Shown: positions 1-14,556, counted from the first letter of the stretch. The stretch is 64,000 bases of DNA from the human T2T-CHM13v2.0 reference genome, Homo sapiens (GCF_009914755.1 NC_060931.1); one strand, 5' to 3'. The notes: generated by a model not told the origin, from the sequence alone. Made by a program: numbers and translations.

Positions 1-120
1 AGCCTGGCATCCACTCCTCTGCCTTCTGTCTCTATGGACTCACTTATTCTGGACATTTCATATGAATGAAATGTGGCCAAGGCTGTCTGGCTTCTTTCGC
101 TTAGTGTCATATTTTCAAGG
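1..120 (-). mobile_element. Old L1 (L1M-type) 3' region fragment
   Basis: ctgtctctatggactcacttattctggacatttcatatgaatg...tggcttctttcgcttag resembles the antisense L1MB/ME 3' end. Confidence 0.6.
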
Positions 121-3100
121 TTACTCTTCTTGTTTTTCCTTGGTGTTCTTTCTCTCCTTAGGACCAGGCTTGCACCGAGGGGCTGGGATGAGGATGGGTT
201 TGGATAAGCATTACCACAAGGCTTCTTTCCAGGATTCCTGGTCACTTTCAGTGATAAGCCCTGCTGCTTCCTTCCTCCTCAGCGTGGGTTTTCTGCCCTC
301 TGTAAACATATCCAGATGAGTCTACTCCAGCTCCCAGACATACCCGGAGGTATGTGAACAGCAGTGAGTAATGGCTGTTCTCCTTCCTAATAGGCTTTCA
401 CACCCAATCCACCAGTTTGCCAGCCATGCCCACATTTGCCTGAGCCTGAGAAGTCCAAGTAAATGCTGAAGTGGAGATGCTGACTAGAGTGCTTATAATA
501 GTATGGTCTTATATTTTGGCATAAAGTAGGTTAGGATGTTGCTAGAAATCATACTTCCTTTAGCATTTGAGCACCATTTTTCCTTCTGTACATTGCTAAG
601 TATAGAACACATTTGTATTTTTCCAGAATCTTCCACAGATTTGCTTTTCAAGTGCTTTTGACTTTTCTTGTGTAAATCCCATCCGATACAATTCTGCTAC
701 CTCTGATGATGTGGCTCCGTTTATGTGTAGGGGTTTACTGAGGAAACTTTTAACAAAGATTCAATATGAGAAATTGTTTACAATTTACAGCTAATATATA
801 GAAACTGAACAAATTGAGAAATGCAGGATTCTTGGCTTCTTTGTCATGTTAAATTATTTATTTGGGAAGTTTCAAGACACGGCTTTACCGTAACTCTCTC
901 TTCTCTCTAGGAAATTTGGTTTGATGAAATTTTGTTTTGTGTTTCTTTTTCAAAAATTTAAAGTAAATTTTCAGAATGTATTTCTGTGTATCCCTTTTCC
1001 TTTCATAGCTGCTGTTTCTGCAGTTAAATTTTACATTTAACATTGGCCTATGTCGTGTATAGTAACAAGACAGAGAGGAAACCATCATAAAAGGGAATAA
1101 ATACCAGGGAAGAAAGTAAAGTCTTTAACCTTCCCTGCTTAGGGTCAGAATTTTACCCCAACAAGCATCATTTTATCTGCAAACATTCTTTGTAGTTCAA
1201 ATATTAATACATCCTTGAACCTTCCTAACTGTACTCATCTTATTTTCTCATTCTTCTCTGTCATATTTCACTATGCTTTACACAATGAGCCACTTCGATG
1301 CACTATATTTTCACATTTTTTAACTCTCATTTTCATGTTAGTGTGTAGGTGGCTTTGGTGTTTTTCAGACCCAAGTTACGTTCATATATGCCCCTCCTGC
1401 TTTCCTTTGCATCTGGTGTATACCTGAACATATTTAATTCTGTATTATTTTTTGCTTGCAGATGTCAAATTAGTCTATGTAACTCAAAGGCTTAGGTTTA
1501 TGCCTTTCCAGTCAAGCTGCTGTTATGGAAAACAAATACCCAAGCAATATGAACTTACGGATATGGAGGAAGGGAGACATATTTGGGACCAAGGCTCATT
1601 AGTAGGTTAGGGTCTGCTGTACCTACCCGTCTGCCAACATCTATCTGCCAATATTCCCAGACTTTCCTGTTTCTAAATGCTGATTTAGATAAATGCTTTT
1701 CTAACCAAAATGAAGCAGTATGGTATTTAAGTCAACCATGGAAATAAGCATTAACATATGTGCCCCCACCTGAAAGACATCAGGTTAGGTTCGATTTGAA
1801 TCAGGCAGGAGGCCAGATGCAATCAAGTCCCTGAAGTCTGGAACTCCACCAGAAGAAGAGATCAGGCTCCCCTGCCCCAGGACCCTCCAGACTGCAGAAG
1901 ATCTAGGGAGGTCAGAATAGAGCAGGGCTCCCACATCTTTGATAAAATGTGATTTTGTAAACTAGAAGAAAGGGGGAAATGGCAAAAGCAGGCCTTTCTC
2001 TAAAAGGTCTAATAAACGGGATGATGCCGGGGTACTTTCCAGGCCTCCCTCATGCCATCTCTATCTCTACGATTACATCACAAGCCCCAGAACACCCTGG
2101 CTCTACACGCAAGGCAGGCCACACACTGGACTGCTTGCATAGACCTAGAGCAGTTCAGTGGCTCAGTGAGGACTTGCTATCCCAACTGGACCAAGTTGGA
2201 AGCCCTACATGGTATGTGAGATCACGGAATTGGTATTTGATACCCCTGGAAATGGTTGCATCGTCATTTCACCAATACAGCTACACTTTCCTCTAAGGCC
2301 TGTGGGTTTGACATTGATCCTTATATGTTTATTTGTTCATGGGCTTGTTAGAAAGCTTTTAGATTGAGATTTAGGCAAAAAAGAAAGTGAACTTGGTTTT
2401 TAGCCGTAAATTTCTCTAGACCATTCTTAGGTCAAACTAACCAGCTTCCTTCTGCAGAAATTGTTCAGTGCTACATGGGCATGTGAGAACAAATTTTGCG
2501 TGCTCAGTGCTAAGACACTTTCTCCCACCAACTCTACCTTTCTCATAACAAGATCTTAAAAGATGATTTCATTCCCTCAGTCCTTAGGTGCTGTCCTGTC
2601 CTCAGGTGCTGATGTCTAATCACCACACTGTTTGGTTCAGTCACCTGCTATCATCCTTCCAGTTTAGGGGTTCTGTCTCTTTAATCAGCAGGCAAAAAAT
2701 TCAGACTCAGGCTTTTGACCCTGCAAAATGGAGAAGCATGTACTGCTTTTGAATTTTTAAAAAAAAAAAAAAAACAGTTAGAAATTTGACACTAAGACAT
2801 CTAAGCAACTGGGTGGAGATCTGAAGTAGCAAGTGAAAATGATACCATTAATGATATTGATGATGGATGTAAAGGCAATTGCAAACAATTGGTTTTTTGT
2901 TCTTAACTCCAGTCAAACACTTACCAAAACAACTAAACTGGTTGGACTTCAACAATCTAAATGAAATCTTGAAGCATGAATGTATTTCCCATGCAGTATG
3001 GAAAGGAAGAGAGAGAGAAAGTAGTTAAAAAACAATCTCCATTCCTACCACACACCTTTGGCTTGCATTGTTCACCACCTTTTAAAGTAATGCCTGATGT

Positions 3101-3318
3101 GTTATATGCTGGTCCTCCAGAAATTCTAAACTTTCCCCAGAAGTGACCTTTGTTCTCCCAGTGCCTCACAACACTCTTAAATACCAAAGAGCTTCAGGGG
3201 GCAAGGACAAGAATTTTCTAAAGGAAACCCTTCTCCACTTGCACTGGACAGGCTGTCAAGACCCAGCAAGACACTTTGTCATGTTATCTCACTCCACATT
3301 CGCTTTCTCTCCTTGTAG

Positions 3319-3363
3319 CTACCTCATCCCTGAACTCCCAGCTCCAGCAGCTCCAGCTCCAGC

Positions 3364-3398
<35 letters not shown>

Positions 3399-3692
3399 CC
3401 CCTGTCAACCAACCAGCACCCGCAACCAGCCCCACAGGCGCCCTCGCAGTCCCAGCAGCAGCCGCTGCAGCCCACCCCACCCCAGCAGCCACCACCCGCC
3501 TCTCAGCAGCCGCCAGCTCCTACATCTCAGCTGCAACAGGCGCCTCAGCCCCAGCAGCACCAACCCCACTCCCACTCCCAGAACCAGAACCAACCATCTC
3601 CAACCCAGCAGAGCTCCAGCCCCCCGCAGAAACCTAGTCAGTCTCCAGGACATGGCCTGCCTTCACCGCTCACGCCACCCAATCCTCTACAG
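3319..3692 (+). CDS. POU6F2: Internal coding exon (374 bp) of POU class 6 homeobox 2 (RPF-1), Gln/Pro-rich region
   Basis: Pyrimidine tract and AG (ctttctctccttgtag, AG at 3317-3318); donor CAG|GTATGC at 3692/3693. The frame of ORF 3276..3788 gives (A)TSSLNSQLQQLQLQLQ10PPLSTNQHPQPAPQAPSQ...GHGLPSPLTPPNPLQ, which I recognise as POU6F2. Enters in phase 1 and exits in phase 0. Confidence 0.92.
3366..3395 (+). repeat. Coding (CAG)10 polyglutamine tract, preceded by (CTCCAG)n Leu-Gln repeats
   Basis: Ten uninterrupted CAG codons counted directly at 3366-3395. Confidence 0.95.
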
Positions 3693-6600
3693 GTATGCTC
3701 CCCGTGCTTCCCGTCTGCCCCTAGGAGCACCAAGGACCTTTCCATGGGGTGGTGCCATCCCCAAAGGCAGAGGGACCACAAAACTTAGCATCCAGTTCTG
3801 CAGCATCTAATTCAAATTGATCTCTTAGACATAGGGAAGAAGAAGCAACTAGAAGGCAACTGGGGATGCATGTAAACGAAACAAATAGAAGCCCATTTCT
3901 GTTGCCCTCCAAAGGATAAATGTTATCTGTTTCCTTCTGTGAGAGGCCAGCACTATAAGTGCATTTGGAGCCTGTAATAATTCCATTTTATGATACTTTT
4001 TGAAGGCAGCAAAGATAGCATCCAATTAAAATTATTACTAGCACAGTTTTGTAGCCCCATGGAGAACTGCATCTACTGTCCATGAGGCATGGTGGTTATT
4101 TCTCTATATTATGAATACAACAGTGTCTCACCTTAAGTACTTTGTGCTCTTTTGTTTCTATTTTTCTAAAGACTCTCTGGGGTTAGGAGGGCAAAGAAAT
4201 TTAGCCCCAGTCTTATGTCCCAGATTCCAACCATTACTCCACAGACTAACAAGTACTCTAAATTCATGCCAAGAGCCTCAACCAATATGCATCTTTATAA
4301 AGGAATAAAACTTCTATAGGTTTACTTTATTACTGTGAGGCTGAGAGCTTCATAAATAGATATTTCAGGCTAACCATGAGAGCTCATCTATAACCTACCT
4401 ATTGAGAAGGAATGGATAGTGTCTTTAAAATAAATTAGCTTCAAAACATAATGACTGTGATGTCATCATATCAGATCCAGAAATTAATAACTCAGCCAAG
4501 CCATCCATTCTTTGACTTGCACAATGACATTTTTCCCTGTGAGATTTCAGACAATCTCGTGTATTTGTAGTACTGTGACAAAGTTAAACAGAGTGAGCAG
4601 CCTGTGGACCTGTTTCAAGTGCCATCTCATCCCCTTGCCATAGTGGTGGGTATAAACCTCAGTCAGTCCGGCTCTTCCCAGCCTGAGAATGACAGTAGCG
4701 ATGGTATCCTTGGCTCCTAAATAGAAAAGTATACAAAATAAAGACAGGTTGGTACACGGACAGAAAGGCAGGTGGATTAGAGACTTGGTATTTTAGAACT
4801 TAGTTTGTTGTCCCATAGCTTTGTCTCTTCCAATTTGGATTCTCAGTGGTGTGGCCCAAAGCATTCCTAGAAATGAACACATTTGGGAGAGATGAGTCAT
4901 TGTGTTTTTCTGGGCTCTTGGGCCAGGGCTACTTTCAATTTGAACATTTTCATGAGTGGAGTTTCAAGATGTATTTATACAATTCTTACGATGGTGAGAC
5001 AACGTAACACCTTTGACCTAGGACTAAAATGAACATGGTCCAAAAACGTCTTCATTGTCCACTTGACACCTACTGAAAGAGCAGGTGTCATCAAATTTAC
5101 AGAAGGCATGATTACAGCAACCTTAATGTTGGCAGCATTTGGGATTCAACTTTATTATTCCAAAAAATTAATTTAATGCTTTTTAAGAACACTTACATTA
5201 GATGTACCTATATACCATCTAATTTCTCTATTCCAGGCACCAAAATAGGTAAAATTACCAAAGAAAAATATTGCCCTTCCTTGAGGAGTGAAATTACTTA
5301 GGTGTGTCCCCAGTTGTCCGATATAGTCCAGTATTCCTTCCTGTTAGGTGAAAGTTTTGAGCTCTGTGGACCTCAGCCTTCCCTGAACACTGTCAGTGTT
5401 TTATAAATTTCTGTTGGCCAGTGAGATCCCAGTGAAGACAAGCCCTGTTGAATGACTGTTGACAGGACTTTAGATGAAGTGACCACGCAGCCTCATGAAA
5501 ATAAACTTAGGGGAATTTCCGAAAGTTCTCCTAACAGTTTCTCGTGGAAATCCCAGGGCTGTTTGTTTTGTTTTGGTTTTGCAACAAATGAAGGCTCAGA
5601 GCTACATTTCTTTCTTTGTAACACTGAGAGAATATTCTAATTTTTCATTTTTGAAGTTTTAACTTATAAACTTAATAAATATGTTTAGAGTACATTTAAA
5701 TATAGAGGAGCTGTTACTCTAACTTCTGTGGATCTAACAGATGACCACCAAATGAGTGACTTGCTACAAATTTTTTTTAAAACATTACTGAGAAGATACA
5801 GAACTAATTTAAACAAATCTGTGTCGGTAGGCATAAAAGGACTTTTTTCCTTTACTACAGGCATGTATAAAGGAAATAGAGAATATTTTGGTTTAAAAAA
5901 ATTTTTTACACTAGCTGCAGGCTTTTTGAGTTTGTGGAACATGGAATGTTTGAACTTTTTAAAAAGAAAACTGTTTAAAAGGAATTGCAAAGATATTTAA
6001 CTCTCCAAACTAATGATCTTTATAAAGTGTTTTTGTTTGAAGATTATTAAGGGAATAAAGATCAACTAAATTCATGTATGATAGCCTAAATTTTATTTTA
6101 CAACCCTTTATTTTCATGTGGGCTTTATCTTTTTACATTATTCAAAAATCTGCTGGAGAGATATTAGTTTAGAACTATGCAATGTAGATTACCAGGGAAA
6201 GCCAGTCAATTAGGTTTTTTGCTTTAAAAACAAAACTTTGGAGGACAACAATTATTTCTAAAACTGTGCAGATGCTCCCATATCTTTAGAAAAAAATAAA
6301 TGTAAGTAGGTTGTGTGTTATATTTGGGTGAGGTCATTTCCTGAGATGAAAAAAAATTAATAGTGTTGGTAGGTAGTAACACTCTAAACAAAAATTATCC
6401 AAATACCTCTTATCAGGCTTTTCTGCAATATTGCAGTGTAATTTTATTTTACTCTTTTACTGAATTATGTGAAAAGGATTACATTTACAAAACCAAGTTG
6501 TTTTAAGATAGATAGGAGTCTAAAGTATTATCCTTTCAGAGACGCACAGGTAGGGGGATCACTTTGTTTATTAATTTTGATCACTCAGCATTATAGGAGG

Positions 6601-7315
6601 TCTGGTGGTCTAAAGCAGACTCTAGAAGCTGCCCCTGGAGATCTGTCTATAGATTCTCCATTGAGACTCAGGACCCACCCACCCATGGCTTCGTTCTTGC
6701 CCAGGAGGCTTGAGGAGAGAAGTTCTAGACAGGAAATGCAAGGGCAGAGGTCTTCAGGGCCTAGCAGTCCCTGTAAATAAGTAAAGTAATCTTGGTTGTA
6801 GAACCCAAAATCAAATTTATAAAAACAGTGTGTGGGACAAACAAGATGCACTGTGAGCTGAATTTAGTCCTTGGGTGCCAGGATGGAGAGCAGTCCATAC
6901 TCCTTATTTTTGCTCAAACCCACAGTCCACAGGCTGTGCCTGAATCTAAAACTAAAAATATAGACTGTGTTTGATAGAAGCAGAAACATAAATGGAAGCA
7001 ATCTTTTGGGGCAAAAAACATGATCTAGGTAAAAAAAAAAAAAAAAATTCAATACGTAATTTTAATCTGGATAGAGACCCCATAAGCATAAGAATGGTGA
7101 AATAAAAGCCTTCTTTCTATGACCTTTAAGAAGAATTTTCTTGAAAAGAAAACTCCTTGGGAGTTTTTATTTGCACTGGTAAAATTTCAGACATCTTATA
7201 AAAGCCCTATTGTGCACATATTCCCTCTTGAGTGGTCTGGAGATATGCTGGGCATGGTTGGAGCCCAGTCATGGTGTAGGTGGAAGAGGGTAACCAGAGG
7301 GCTTGAGTCCCCCTT

Positions 7316-7430
7316 CTAGTTCTGACCCTGCCTCCAACTAACTCGTAACTTTGGATAGGTCACTTTAGCTCTCTGGACTTCATTTCCCTCATCCGTGTGG
7401 TCTGAGGTCTTTTTCAGGCCTATGAATCTA
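7316..7430 (+). mobile_element. MIR fragment
   Basis: actttggataggtcactttagctctctggacttcatttccctcatc is similar to the MIR core. Confidence 0.55.
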
Positions 7431-8555
7431 TAATCTCAATGTTAGTAGGCCTCTGGAATTTTATTGGCTATTGAAAACTCGATGGTCCTGAAGATTCTCT
7501 GAGTATTCTTCAAGGTCAGGTTAATTTCTTCCCACTCAGCTGGGTGGCAGAGTGAAAAGAGAGTGGAGGACAAACATAAGTGGGATAATGATAGCAGAAG
7601 CAGATTTTATCTTAGCCAGAGAGTCCAAATTAAAGTCAAGTTTTTATCCTCAGAGAGTCACTGCTATAAGCTCTGGTCCCAGATTGCTTTTCCACACCTA
7701 TACATTAGAGAAGCTTAAGAAACCAAATGCTGCATTTAACCTTGGCCTCCCACGTACCATCTTGCATGGCAGGACGCAGGATAATCTTTTCCTTTTCTTG
7801 TTCTATTGCACATTTTAATAAATAACAGAGGGAGAGAGAGATCAGTAGGAATTGGACAGTGAAAACTATCTGTGCTTATATGAGGAATGAGGGGCACGGT
7901 CACCTCCTCGGAGGTGAAGTTGCTTGAGAGCGTGAAATGTATTCTCAACCATGTGCATTTGCTAATGGAAAGGTCTAGTTACCACTCAGGCACAGCAGAG
8001 TAAAACTGCATCGGAATCCCACCTCTGTTGCGCAGTGGGCATTGCCTTCTGGTCTTCCCATTTGAGATATTTTCCCACTGGCAAACTTAGTACTAAGTTC
8101 CAAAGTGCATACATAATGGGAGAAGGTGGTACATTATCACTTTTTAAAATAAAGAGCCCAAAGCCTTGAGAAGGAGCTAGACCTACAGGACTTTCAAGTT
8201 CTCTAAAGCAAATGGTCTCCAATCATGGGTCTGCCCTATGGAAAAGACCCAGTGTCCTAGGCCAAACCCCCTCCCCCCCAGCAATTAGTCTTAATCGGTT
8301 TACCACAATATTACTCAAGGCTCTGTGGGACTAGGTTTGTTTTTTCATCTATAAAAGGGAGGGGGTAAAATTAAATACTTTCTAGAACTCCTTCAGTTCC
8401 ATTGGAGTTTTATGTTACAAACCCCTAAAACTGTGTAGAGTTGGGTGACTATGTGGGTGTATTCATATAACTCCTTTGTGTGGCTACTGTAAATATAGAA
8501 CTCAGACATCTCTCTACCTACACAGGGCTAAATCACTACGCAGAATTCTCCTAGC

Positions 8556-8925
8556 CAGGACTGAGATGATGGTGAGGCTTGGAAGCACTCATCTCAGATG
8601 CAGAATTTAAGGGTGTACTCAAAAATTCAGATAATGTTTGAATGAAATATTTTCAAAAATCAAAATGAACGCCAAAAGTCTATGAACAACAAAATTTCAA
8701 ATTTTTAAATGCAGGATCAGTAACAGTATTGAGCCATATTGGAGTCTGAGGCAAAAGAAAAAAATCAGTCATATGAACATTTAGTGATCATGAATTTTTG
8801 GCACTCATTCTTAAAATATTGTAGTAAGGTCTTATTCATCTTGATTACTACGTTTCTGGACACACCTTTAAATTTGGTTCCTGAAATGAGTGCCTCATTC
8901 ATCTCACCCTCATCCCTCTCAGCTT
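8556..8925. mobile_element. hAT-type non-autonomous DNA transposon, MER96/MER96B-like
   Basis: ggtgaggcttggaagcactcatctcagatgcagaatttaaggg at the left end, with the inverted counterpart cctttaaatttggttcctgaaatgagtgcctcattcatctcaccc at the right. Confidence 0.55.
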
Positions 8926-10627
8926 TGCTACTGGCTGTCTAAATGATTTAGTTAGCAAAAATCCGCCAAAGTCAATGACATTCTGTCCATTGTAAATTTC
9001 GGCCAGGTCTTTGATCTCACTTTCTAGTTGAACTTGAACATTGCACCAAATTTTGCACAGTAGAAAAACAAATGCATGTTGGATAACAAATTGGGGCAAG
9101 GAAGGGGCTAGAAATCCATCTTCTTCATTGCACAGATCTAATAAAGCAATTATTTTTGATGGAACTGAAATGTTATGACAATCAAATAACTCTTTTGGCT
9201 GACATTTTTCACTGAACTAATTTATGATTTTATGAAATTAAGTAAGTTTAGTAAAAATAATGGAAGTATCACTATGTAGACAACATTCTCTCAGAGCAAT
9301 CCGAGTTCTGAGGACCTTTGGAAAACTGGAAGAATCCACATGGGATAGGCAAGGTTTCCTCTTGGCTAAAAAGCCAAAGAAAACTTTATTACTATGGAAA
9401 AGAAAATCCATCTAAGCTCAGAGAGTTATGAAAATCAAATATAACATACTGATGAGAATGCTTTTGTATGCTATAAATTTGTTAAGCAAATGTTGATTAG
9501 CCTAAAGATATAAAAGAGTATGAATTTATTTCTGTTTATACTACCTTCCAGAAAATTGAGGGCTTCATTCATGATTCACTCATTCAGTGAGAGATCGGGT
9601 GGGAAATGAGAATCCCTTTACCCAACTGTATTAAGTACTGAATAAAATAAACATAACATATTTATCCATATACTCTGCAAGGGACAATTTTTCCTTTTAT
9701 GAAAGAAAGAAAATCTCCTTTAAAAAACTCTCAGTTCAACATTACTGGCATTTCAAAGAATTTATTACACGCATTTGAGATCCAGGAGGAACAACAAAGT
9801 TTATATTGCTTTGAGAGTGGCAGGGAAAAAATTAGTTTACCAAGAATCTACTCATATACTGTAGTGCTTCTTTGTCGTTGTCTAGATTTACCATTCCTGG
9901 GTACTGCTCCGTAGATTAGTCAAATCATGTAGAAAGGGGTTTAACAAAGCAGGAAGCATGTTCACACCACTGGCTATGGAAACTCACGTCAAGTAGCGAT
10001 AGATGATGAGGGTGCCAGACTCAAAGGAGGATGGGAAGATTCTTGCAGCGTTTGAACATGGCAAGTGATCACTTCTCAAAGAAAAGAGAACCACTCTGAT
10101 CCTGACAGTGGGGGTAGAGCAATGGTCTGTCTGCAGCAAGCTCAGCAAAGAGCCTAGAGCCACATACACTGTCCAGTCCCTTCACTGTTGGATGGTGGTT
10201 GATGACACTAATCCCAAAGTCTAGCTCAGAATGCTTCTGAAACAGTTTTGCCTTCATGTGCATAGATGCAGGGTCTAGTGGCAATTTGAGATGCCCAAAA
10301 TGTGCCGGCTGGCACTTTGCTCTGAATGAGCAGTGCTTGGCCAGTATTTATGTGAACTTAATACAATATTCTACTGCTTTCATGATCACAAGTTATTTCT
10401 CATCTTGTAGCTTCAATTCATTTCCCACAAGTTTGGGGTAAATTTTCCACTGGTTTTTAAATTAACTTCCAAAGCATAGACTTGCAAGTGAATATTCTCC
10501 ACGTTGTAAAGAAAGCACTTTTATCATGATTTGTAAATATTTACTGAGCACCTGTGCTGTGCATTGTCCTGGAGAAGGTTTGCAGAACAGACAAGATGAT
10601 GCCTCAGAGAAAGTGTGATCTTGAGAA

Positions 10628-10806
10628 GCAGATGGGCCTGGGTTTGAATGCTCGCTGTGCTGGACATTTGAGTCAAGTCAGCACATCCTTCTGAGCCTCA
10701 GTTTCCTCACTGGTCAGACAGTTGGTGTGGGGATTAAATGCAATGGCTTATGTGAGGGTATCTAATTTGGTTCCTGATAGATATCTGGCACTCAAAAAAT
10801 GTTAGT
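10628..10806 (+). mobile_element. MIR
   Basis: cctgggtttgaat...tctgagcctcagtttcctca core. Confidence 0.6.
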
Positions 10807-11188
10807 ATCCTGCCTACTTTTTTTCCGTCCTCGACTATAGATATTATAACCTGTTGGGGAATATGAGACAAACACATGCACTCAAAGTTGAACAAAAAGC
10901 AAATAGTCACAGGAATGTAAAAATGCATGTGCACACAATAAAATGATGCCCTGCAAACTACACAAAAACCCATAGTAGCTAGAATGAGGCTAATAATTGC
11001 ATGTCAGTTTCGTAGCGTCATCCTGAGTCAGAGAGGTACGGGGCATTTCTGAGGAAAGGGGTGAGGAGCACACACAGTACAGGGCAAACCTACACTAAAG
11101 GGCATCTCAGAGCTGTGGAGCTCCAAGGGGTTTAGAACAGAAAGAAAGGACTGTAGCCATGAACTCACATAATGCTAATATTGCCTAA

Positions 11189-11591
<403 letters not shown>

Positions 11592-12325
11592 TGATATAGG
11601 ATAAAGATGCCATCACAAATTAATAGGGAAATAACATATTGTGTAGTAGTCAATAGTTGGGAAAATTGGTGTACAGATATTAGGCTGGGAGAAGACAGTT
11701 GTTACATCTAAAACTTTCAATATATGAACTATACATAATAAACTCTTGAGAAAACAACAAAAACAAACAAAAAAGAACCAAGAATTATTTTTTCCTTGTA
11801 AATTCCCAAAGTTGTGGTTTTTAGTATTTGGGTAAAGAAGAAGAATCTTGATGATCTCACTTCTGCCAATAACTAGATCGCTAATTAGTGACCATGGGCA
11901 AGTCACCTAATCTCTTTAGGACTCAGTTGTGTCACTTATTACATGAAAAGTTTATATTAGATGATCTTTAAACCCATTTTTATATACTTATTTCATGCAT
12001 TGGCCTCATGAGTTCACAGTTCTAACTGGAGTAACCATGATCCTTTACCTATGTATCTTTTACTAAGTTCTTTGGTCTCTCTTTTTCTCATCACAACCCA
12101 GAAGAAGCTAAAATTGCCTTCATTCCAACCCAAAGAAACTAAGTCTCAGAAAGTTCAAGCAAATTTCTCAACATCACTAACAACGGCTGAATTGGGATTC
12201 CAGATCTAGTCTGTCTGACTTCAAAGTGTCTCTATTTATATCTTACCACCTCTGCGATGTTCATTTTGGTTATTAGTGAAATATATATTCTTATTTCCTT
12301 ATTGGCTCCCAGCATTTTCCAAGTC

Positions 12326-12628
12326 AGCATTTCTCAAATTTTCTTCCACAAAACACTGATCCAAAGAAATTTTATTAAAAACAGATTCCATGGTGGGTAG
12401 GCAGGTAGAAAGATAGATGGGTAGATAGAAGTGCTGCATGCTATATCCTGTTCCTGTATATTTTGCAAAGATTATTTGAATACTGAAGGCTAAAAGACAT
12501 CCTGCAGTAGAGATGTCTAGTTAACACGATTTAACCAAGAAATTCTGAAACCTGTGAAACCTCTAGAGCCTTTTATTTCACATAATGCTAATTAATATCT
12601 CCTGTGAAAAATCCTTCAGGAACCACTG
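12326..12628. mobile_element. hAT-Charlie MITE, MER113/MER112-like
   Basis: cagcatttctcaaa...gaaggctaaaagacatcctgcagtagagatgtctagttaac...ggaaccactg. Confidence 0.45.
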
Positions 12629-14556
12629 CTCTAAAGCCTCCTTAATTGTGGGGTCAGCACAACTAAAATAACCTCCATTTCCTTATCCAGGACAGTATGT
12701 AGAAATCCACAGACTAGGTCCAATAGGCTGGGCCGTGGAGAAAACCAAGTATAGAAAGGTGAGAAAAGAGGGAAGGAAAAACTTAAAACTAAGGCAAGAG
12801 ACGAGAAAGCTGAAACGGTATGGTTCTGATAATTGACAGTGAGGAAAATCACTTCATAAAATACCTGGCTGGGTTGCTTCTCGTGGCAGCTGAAGTCTTG
12901 GAGACCTTCTCTTCCAGATAGTCCTCCCTTCTTCCTTCCTTTTCTTCACTGCCCATTGTCTCTACTGCTCACACAACCGGAGTCCTGCCTCCTCATGCCA
13001 CAGCATGAGAATCACGGCCAGGGTGCCCCTGGACCACGTAGCCCCTGCAGACCCACGGGACCGACAGAACTGGGAGAGTGCATGCCTTCTCCCCTTCTCA
13101 CTTGCACCCTCCTCATCTTTTGACTGAGGAATTTCCAATGGTCAGGAGATCCCCCAGCCCCTGGCACCCTCATTCTCCACCCCTGCATTTTAAGAGGGTC
13201 TGGATTCCAAACAACAGCTCACATCAGCCTGAAATCTGTATGGTAAGCCAGGACTAAGTCGTCTAGAGCACCAAGCAGTCAAAACTCCATGTCTGTGGGG
13301 CATTGTCTTAGTTACAAGGCTCCTATCCTGCTCTTTTTCTATTTCCTGTTTTTAAAAATAGACTCTCAGAATCACTGGTGTTTTCTTTCTCTTTTGTCTT
13401 CCACTGTTGAGAACTAAATTGGGCATTCTGGCTGAAAACACCAGTCCTGGGGCCCTGTGAGTGCAGAGCCAAGGCAGAGAAAGGCACCATGTTGAGGCAT
13501 GCAGGACAGGTTCATGTGCCACTTGGAGTGGCTGTCTCCTGGATAGGGCAATTCTGTGTCCTTGGCCACTCGGTAGGGATGCCTTCATGGCCGCAGATGA
13601 ATGCAGCAGTGGAGGGGTGCCCTGCGTTTGTATGCTGTCAGCTCTGTGCTCAGAACTAGTAGCTGTGTCTGAAGGCTCAGTTGGGCTCCGATCAATGCAA
13701 CCCTTCCAGCCCGTTTTGTCTGAACTGTAGTTCGACAGGGCTCAGCCCAGCACCTCCACTTAGTTTTCTACACCAGGAGATATTTAACTGTCATAAAAAA
13801 GAAGTAAAGTTAGAGATTCCTTTTTTTTTTTCTCAGCTGGACTCCATATCCTGCCAGAGACTAGCTGCTCTTTCCAGACATGAGTTCTCTGTCCTTGTAT
13901 TTTGATGTTGTGACTGTGGCGTTTAAAGAGAACAAAGCAACATTTAGGGGTCCGGGGAGAAGATTTAAGAGAAACCCTCTCACTTCCCCCAAGGAAAGCT
14001 CTCTGGAATCTGGTTGTCTTGGAAACTTGGTTTTTTGGGGTTTTTTTAATTAGATAAAATATAAATAATCTTGAACTCCTGTCTAAGGTTTAAAAAAGGA
14101 ATATTCCTTAGAGCAGTTCTCACCTCCAGTAGTCTGCACTCCATGGAAGGAATCTGACCAATCTAAGGCTAAAGCCAAGTGGTCTTTGGGACCAACCTGA
14201 GGCAGAAAGTTATGAAAGGCAGAAAGCAAAAATGGATGTTTTCCAAGCTCCCTGCATGCAATGATCACATTAAAGCCATTTGACACATCTTCAAGGCACA
14301 GCCTACATGTTATTTTCATTGCTAGTGAGCCTCTCAAGTGAAAAAGTGAGTATCTTCATACCAGAAAGGAAGACCTGCATGTAATCAAATATTTTCAGGG
14401 CCACTGGGCCTTGCCTGGCAGGTGACTGTCTCTCCCTCTTCTTGTCTCACCCAAGCCACACCATCTTCAAACAGCTGAGACCACGCCTGCGCTCCTACAG
14501 CCATATTTTGTTCAATTCCTTTGTATTCTTTTCCAAGAGAAGATTTTCCAAGTTTA

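Noticed and set aside
3143-3318. 5' extensions of ORFs 3143..3637 and 3276..3788
   Set aside because: They lie upstream of a clear splice acceptor and use non-ATG starts; intronic.
5685-6000. Overlapping opposite-strand ORFs of 90-101 aa
   Set aside because: AT-rich K/F/L-biased translation with no splice context or recognisable domain.
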